IMG/VR virus record: IMGVR_UViG_3300008259_000056
From: an uncultured virus (IMG/VR IMGVR_UViG_3300008259_000056)
Lineage: Duplodnaviria; Heunggongvirae; Uroviricota; Caudoviricetes
Strand: one strand, 5' to 3'
Length of the DNA stretch: 64,000 nucleotides
Shown here: piece by piece, positions 61,520 through 64,000 of the stretch
How the letters are laid out: every line of letters starts with the position of its first letter
Position numbering within the stretch: the stretch's first letter is position 1
Translations under genes and position numbers: made by a program
The notes under the pieces: generated by a model
Told to the model about the DNA's origin: nothing
What the model saw: the letters and a program-made list of their open reading frames with translations, nothing else
The model's database searches: none

Positions 61520-61717
61520 ATGAAATTAAAAGAACTTAAAGAATGGTTAAATTCTCTACCCGAAGAATTTGATGATTATTCTTGCGTCAATGGGGAAGAG
61601 GGTATTATTAACGAAGAATATAGATATAGGGTTGATAAAGCGATAGTTGCTGGCTTTGTTGATGAGGAAAACAAAGAAGTAGTATTGTGTCATCAAGAAG
61701 AAATCAATTTAAATTAA
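61520..61717 (+). CDS. Small hypothetical protein
   Basis: MKLKELKEWLNSLPEEFD. Confidence 0.6.
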   Translation: MKLKELKEWLNSLPEEFDDYSCVNGEEGIINEEYRYRVDKAIVAGFVDEENKEVVLCHQEEINLN

Positions 61718-61718
61718 A

Positions 61719-62240
61719 ATGAAATATTATAAAATTATAATTGGAGGCAGAGGGTCCGAAATATACCCCTTCAAAATCAACGAAGAACAGTTTGATACTT
61801 TCTATAACGAAGATGTTGAAGGTGATAATATGGAATATGACGATATATGTCAAATACTTGAAGTTGAATCTTTTTTTGATAGTCCTGAAGAAACAATTAT
61901 GGGTGTTTATCCTGACGCATTATATTTTAGAGTGGAGAATGAAGATGGTGAAATAATCTATGAAACAGAAAAGGTTGACTATGATAACATAGAATTCCAA
62001 GACAAATATTGTGATGAAGGTTTGTATTTGTTTATTGAGGATTATTGTAAGGGTGAACATGTAATTTATGATATACCATTAGAGGGCGAATTTAATCCTG
62101 AACTACTTAAATTATCTCTAACAAACATTGGCGATATGATTGAATTAGTCACGGGAATTACTTATAATGGTGATGACCATAACATTTATAAAGGTTATGG
62201 TGATACATCAAGTAAAGGTTATCATTACCATTTAAAATAA
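61719..62240 (+). CDS. Acidic hypothetical protein
   Basis: 173 aa ORF. Confidence 0.6.
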   Translation: MKYYKIIIGGRGSEIYPFKINEEQFDTFYNEDVEGDNMEYDDICQILEVESFFDSPEETIMGVYPDALYFRVENEDGEIIYETEKVDYDNIEFQDKYCDEGLYLFIEDYCKGEHVIYDIPLEGEFNPELLKLSLTNIGDMIELVTGITYNGDDHNIYKGYGDTSSKGYHYHLK

Positions 62241-62247
62241 AGTTAAT

Positions 62248-63114
62248 ATGATAGAAAATTATTTAGGAAAAATCACCAATGGTGATTGTGTTAAAGTGAT
62301 GTCGGAAATGCCGATTGATTCGGTTGATTTAATTGTTACATCACCACCTTATGGAGTCGGGATTGCCTATGACGTACACGACGATGATGTATATTTTGAT
62401 GAGTATCTTAAATTTACCAAAGAGTGGTTGACTGAAGCTTACCAAATATTAAAAGATGATGGTAGGATTGCGTTAAACATTCCTTATGAAATTAATAGAC
62501 AAGACAAAGGAGGTAGAATATTTTTTGTATCCGAAGTATACCAAGTAATGAAACGAATTGGTTTTAAGTTCTTTGGTATTGTTGACCTTGAAGAAGATTC
62601 ACCTCATCGTAGTAAAACAACTGCTTGGGGTTCATGGATGAGTCCGAGTTCGCCGTACATATATAACCCGAAGGAATGTGTGATTTTAGCGTACAAAAAC
62701 AAACACATTAAGAAAGTTAAGGGTGAACCACAATGGAAGGGTGAAACCGTAGAGATTGAACAAGAAGACGGAACATTCAAAAAGAAAGTGGTATACGATG
62801 AAATGGATAAGAAAGAGTTTATGGAATTGGTGTTCGGTCAGTGGAAGTATTTTGCGGACACTAAATCATTAACTAAAGCAACATTCTCAATGGATATCCC
62901 AACGAAAGCCATAAAAATATTATCATATAAGAATGATGTAATATTAGACCCATTCGCGGGTTCAGGAACAAGTTTGGTTGCTGCTGAGATATTAGATAGA
63001 AGATGGATAGGTATTGAATTATCACCTAACTATCAACAAATTGCAACAGAACGAGTCCAAGCATTTGTTGAACAAAAAAGACAACAACAATTAGAATTTG
63101 AGAATCCCCAATAA
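62248..63114 (+). CDS. Beta-class N4-cytosine/N6-adenine DNA methyltransferase
   Basis: VDLIVTSPPY precedes ILDPFAGSGTS..WIGIE. Confidence 0.88.
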   Translation: MIENYLGKITNGDCVKVMSEMPIDSVDLIVTSPPYGVGIAYDVHDDDVYFDEYLKFTKEWLTEAYQILKDDGRIALNIPYEINRQDKGGRIFFVSEVYQVMKRIGFKFFGIVDLEEDSPHRSKTTAWGSWMSPSSPYIYNPKECVILAYKNKHIKKVKGEPQWKGETVEIEQEDGTFKKKVVYDEMDKKEFMELVFGQWKYFADTKSLTKATFSMDIPTKAIKILSYKNDVILDPFAGSGTSLVAAEILDRRWIGIELSPNYQQIATERVQAFVEQKRQQQLEFENPQ

Positions 63115-63134
63115 AAGTTGGGGTTTTTTGTTTA
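63103..63134 (+). terminator. Intrinsic terminator after MTase
   Basis: CCCCAA/TTGGGG stem + T-tract. Confidence 0.65.
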
Positions 63135-63159
63135 TTCTAATATTTATAGAATAAATAAA

Positions 63160-64000
63160 ATGTCAATGAATGGTATAGTATTAACAGAGTCAGAACTTAA
63201 ATCAAAGATGACTCAAATATATAAGGAAGAGTTTTTCAACATCTTAGAAGAAAAGTGGTCAAAACTTAGTATTGATGATAAAACTTTTGTTGTTGAATTC
63301 CTAAAAGCAACTTACCCTGAAAAAGCTAAATTAATTAATGAATCTAAATGGTATAATACTATTGGGGATATTGTTGGTATATTTGACCCAACAGGTGTTG
63401 TAGATTTAATTAACGGTATTAGTTATTGGAGACAAGGTGATAAATTATTCGCTTTATTGTCATTTATATCTGTTTTACCTTATTTAGGTGATGTTTTAGC
63501 CAAACCTGTTGTAGGGGCGATTAAGATAGGTGGTGATAGTATGAAAGCGTTTAAAGCGGCAACTGTTGCTGGTGATGCGGTTAAGATGGCGTCTACCGCT
63601 GAAAAAATTGGTGGACCTGTTGCTAAGTTAGTAGAAACAGCTCCAAAATGGGCAACCAAGTTAATTGAAATATTAAGAGCGTCAGTGGGTAAAGTTCCTT
63701 ATTTAGGTCCAAGATTAGTTAATTTGATTGAGGAGTTTATTAGATTATTCACAAAAGGTAGTAGATATATGAAGGCTGAGGGTGAAATACTTAAGTCAGG
63801 ATTAAAAGGTGAAAAAGCATTATCTGCTGCTGAGAAAGAAGAGTTCGCCAAATTAATGGGACAACAAACAGGGTTCAGAGGTTTTAGAGATTACGGTCAA
63901 GGAAAAAATTATTTAAAATATATTACATCAGATGCCTCTTTATGGCAAAAATTTACGGCAGGTGCCCCTAGATTGTTTGGCAATGCTGCAACAAGGTCAT
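63160..64000 (+). CDS. Large protein with pre-toxin TG-like segment (3' truncated; not in ORF track)
   Basis: Open to window end; DIVGIFDPTGVVDLINGISYWRQGDKLFALLSFISVLPYLGD; VLTESE and LINES motifs; TATTTAT at 63141. Confidence 0.65.
   Translation, partial: MSMNGIVLTESELKSKMTQIYKEEFFNILEEKWSKLSIDDKTFVVEFLKATYPEKAKLINESKWYNTIGDIVGIFDPTGVVDLINGISYWRQGDKLFALLSFISVLPYLGDVLAKPVVGAIKIGGDSMKAFKAATVAGDAVKMASTAEKIGGPVAKLVETAPKWATKLIEILRASVGKVPYLGPRLVNLIEEFIRLFTKGSRYMKAEGEILKSGLKGEKALSAAEKEEFAKLMGQQTGFRGFRDYGQGKNYLKYITSDASLWQKFTAGAPRLFGNAATRS

Noticed and set aside
62248..63114. MTase as part of a restriction-modification system
   Set aside because: No recognisable endonuclease adjacent; orphan MTases are common in large phages
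1..64000. Stop-codon reassignment, tRNA genes, DGR or retron
   Set aside because: Genes are full length in the standard code and end in TAA, TGA and TAG; no cloverleaf or reverse transcriptase seen by eye

Overview
AT-rich (roughly 30% GC by eye), gene-dense segment of a large tailed dsDNA phage (jumbo/T4-like organisation) read in the standard genetic code. The host is most likely Bacteroidota/Flavobacteriia, based on TAnnTTTG host-type promoters, a Bacteroidota-type sigma70, an Hc1 histone-like protein, SprB repeats and GS type II. Layout: 1-16.4 kb virion/baseplate genes with an embedded glycosyltransferase; an inverted 17-24.8 kb block of Cys-rich, Thr/Pro mucin-like adhesin genes; 24.9-33.5 kb replication/recombination genes and sigma factor; 33.5-39 kb membrane/lysis and probable internal-head genes; 39-55 kb accessory genes (DnaJ, LAGLIDADG, Dam-like MTase, DUF932, PcfJ-like, thioredoxins, GSII); 56-61.5 kb tail-fibre/Gly-rich cassette; then a second MTase and a truncated PT-TG-like gene. 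The best candidates for undescribed biology are (1) a plant HPAT/SERGT-like (GT95/GT96) glycosyltransferase among virion genes with long Thr/Pro tracts, suggesting phage-encoded virion O-glycosylation, and (2) a promoter-to-terminator, multi-hairpin ~150-nt RNA at 42.58-42.73 kb. All family calls come from motifs recognised by eye; no database search was run.
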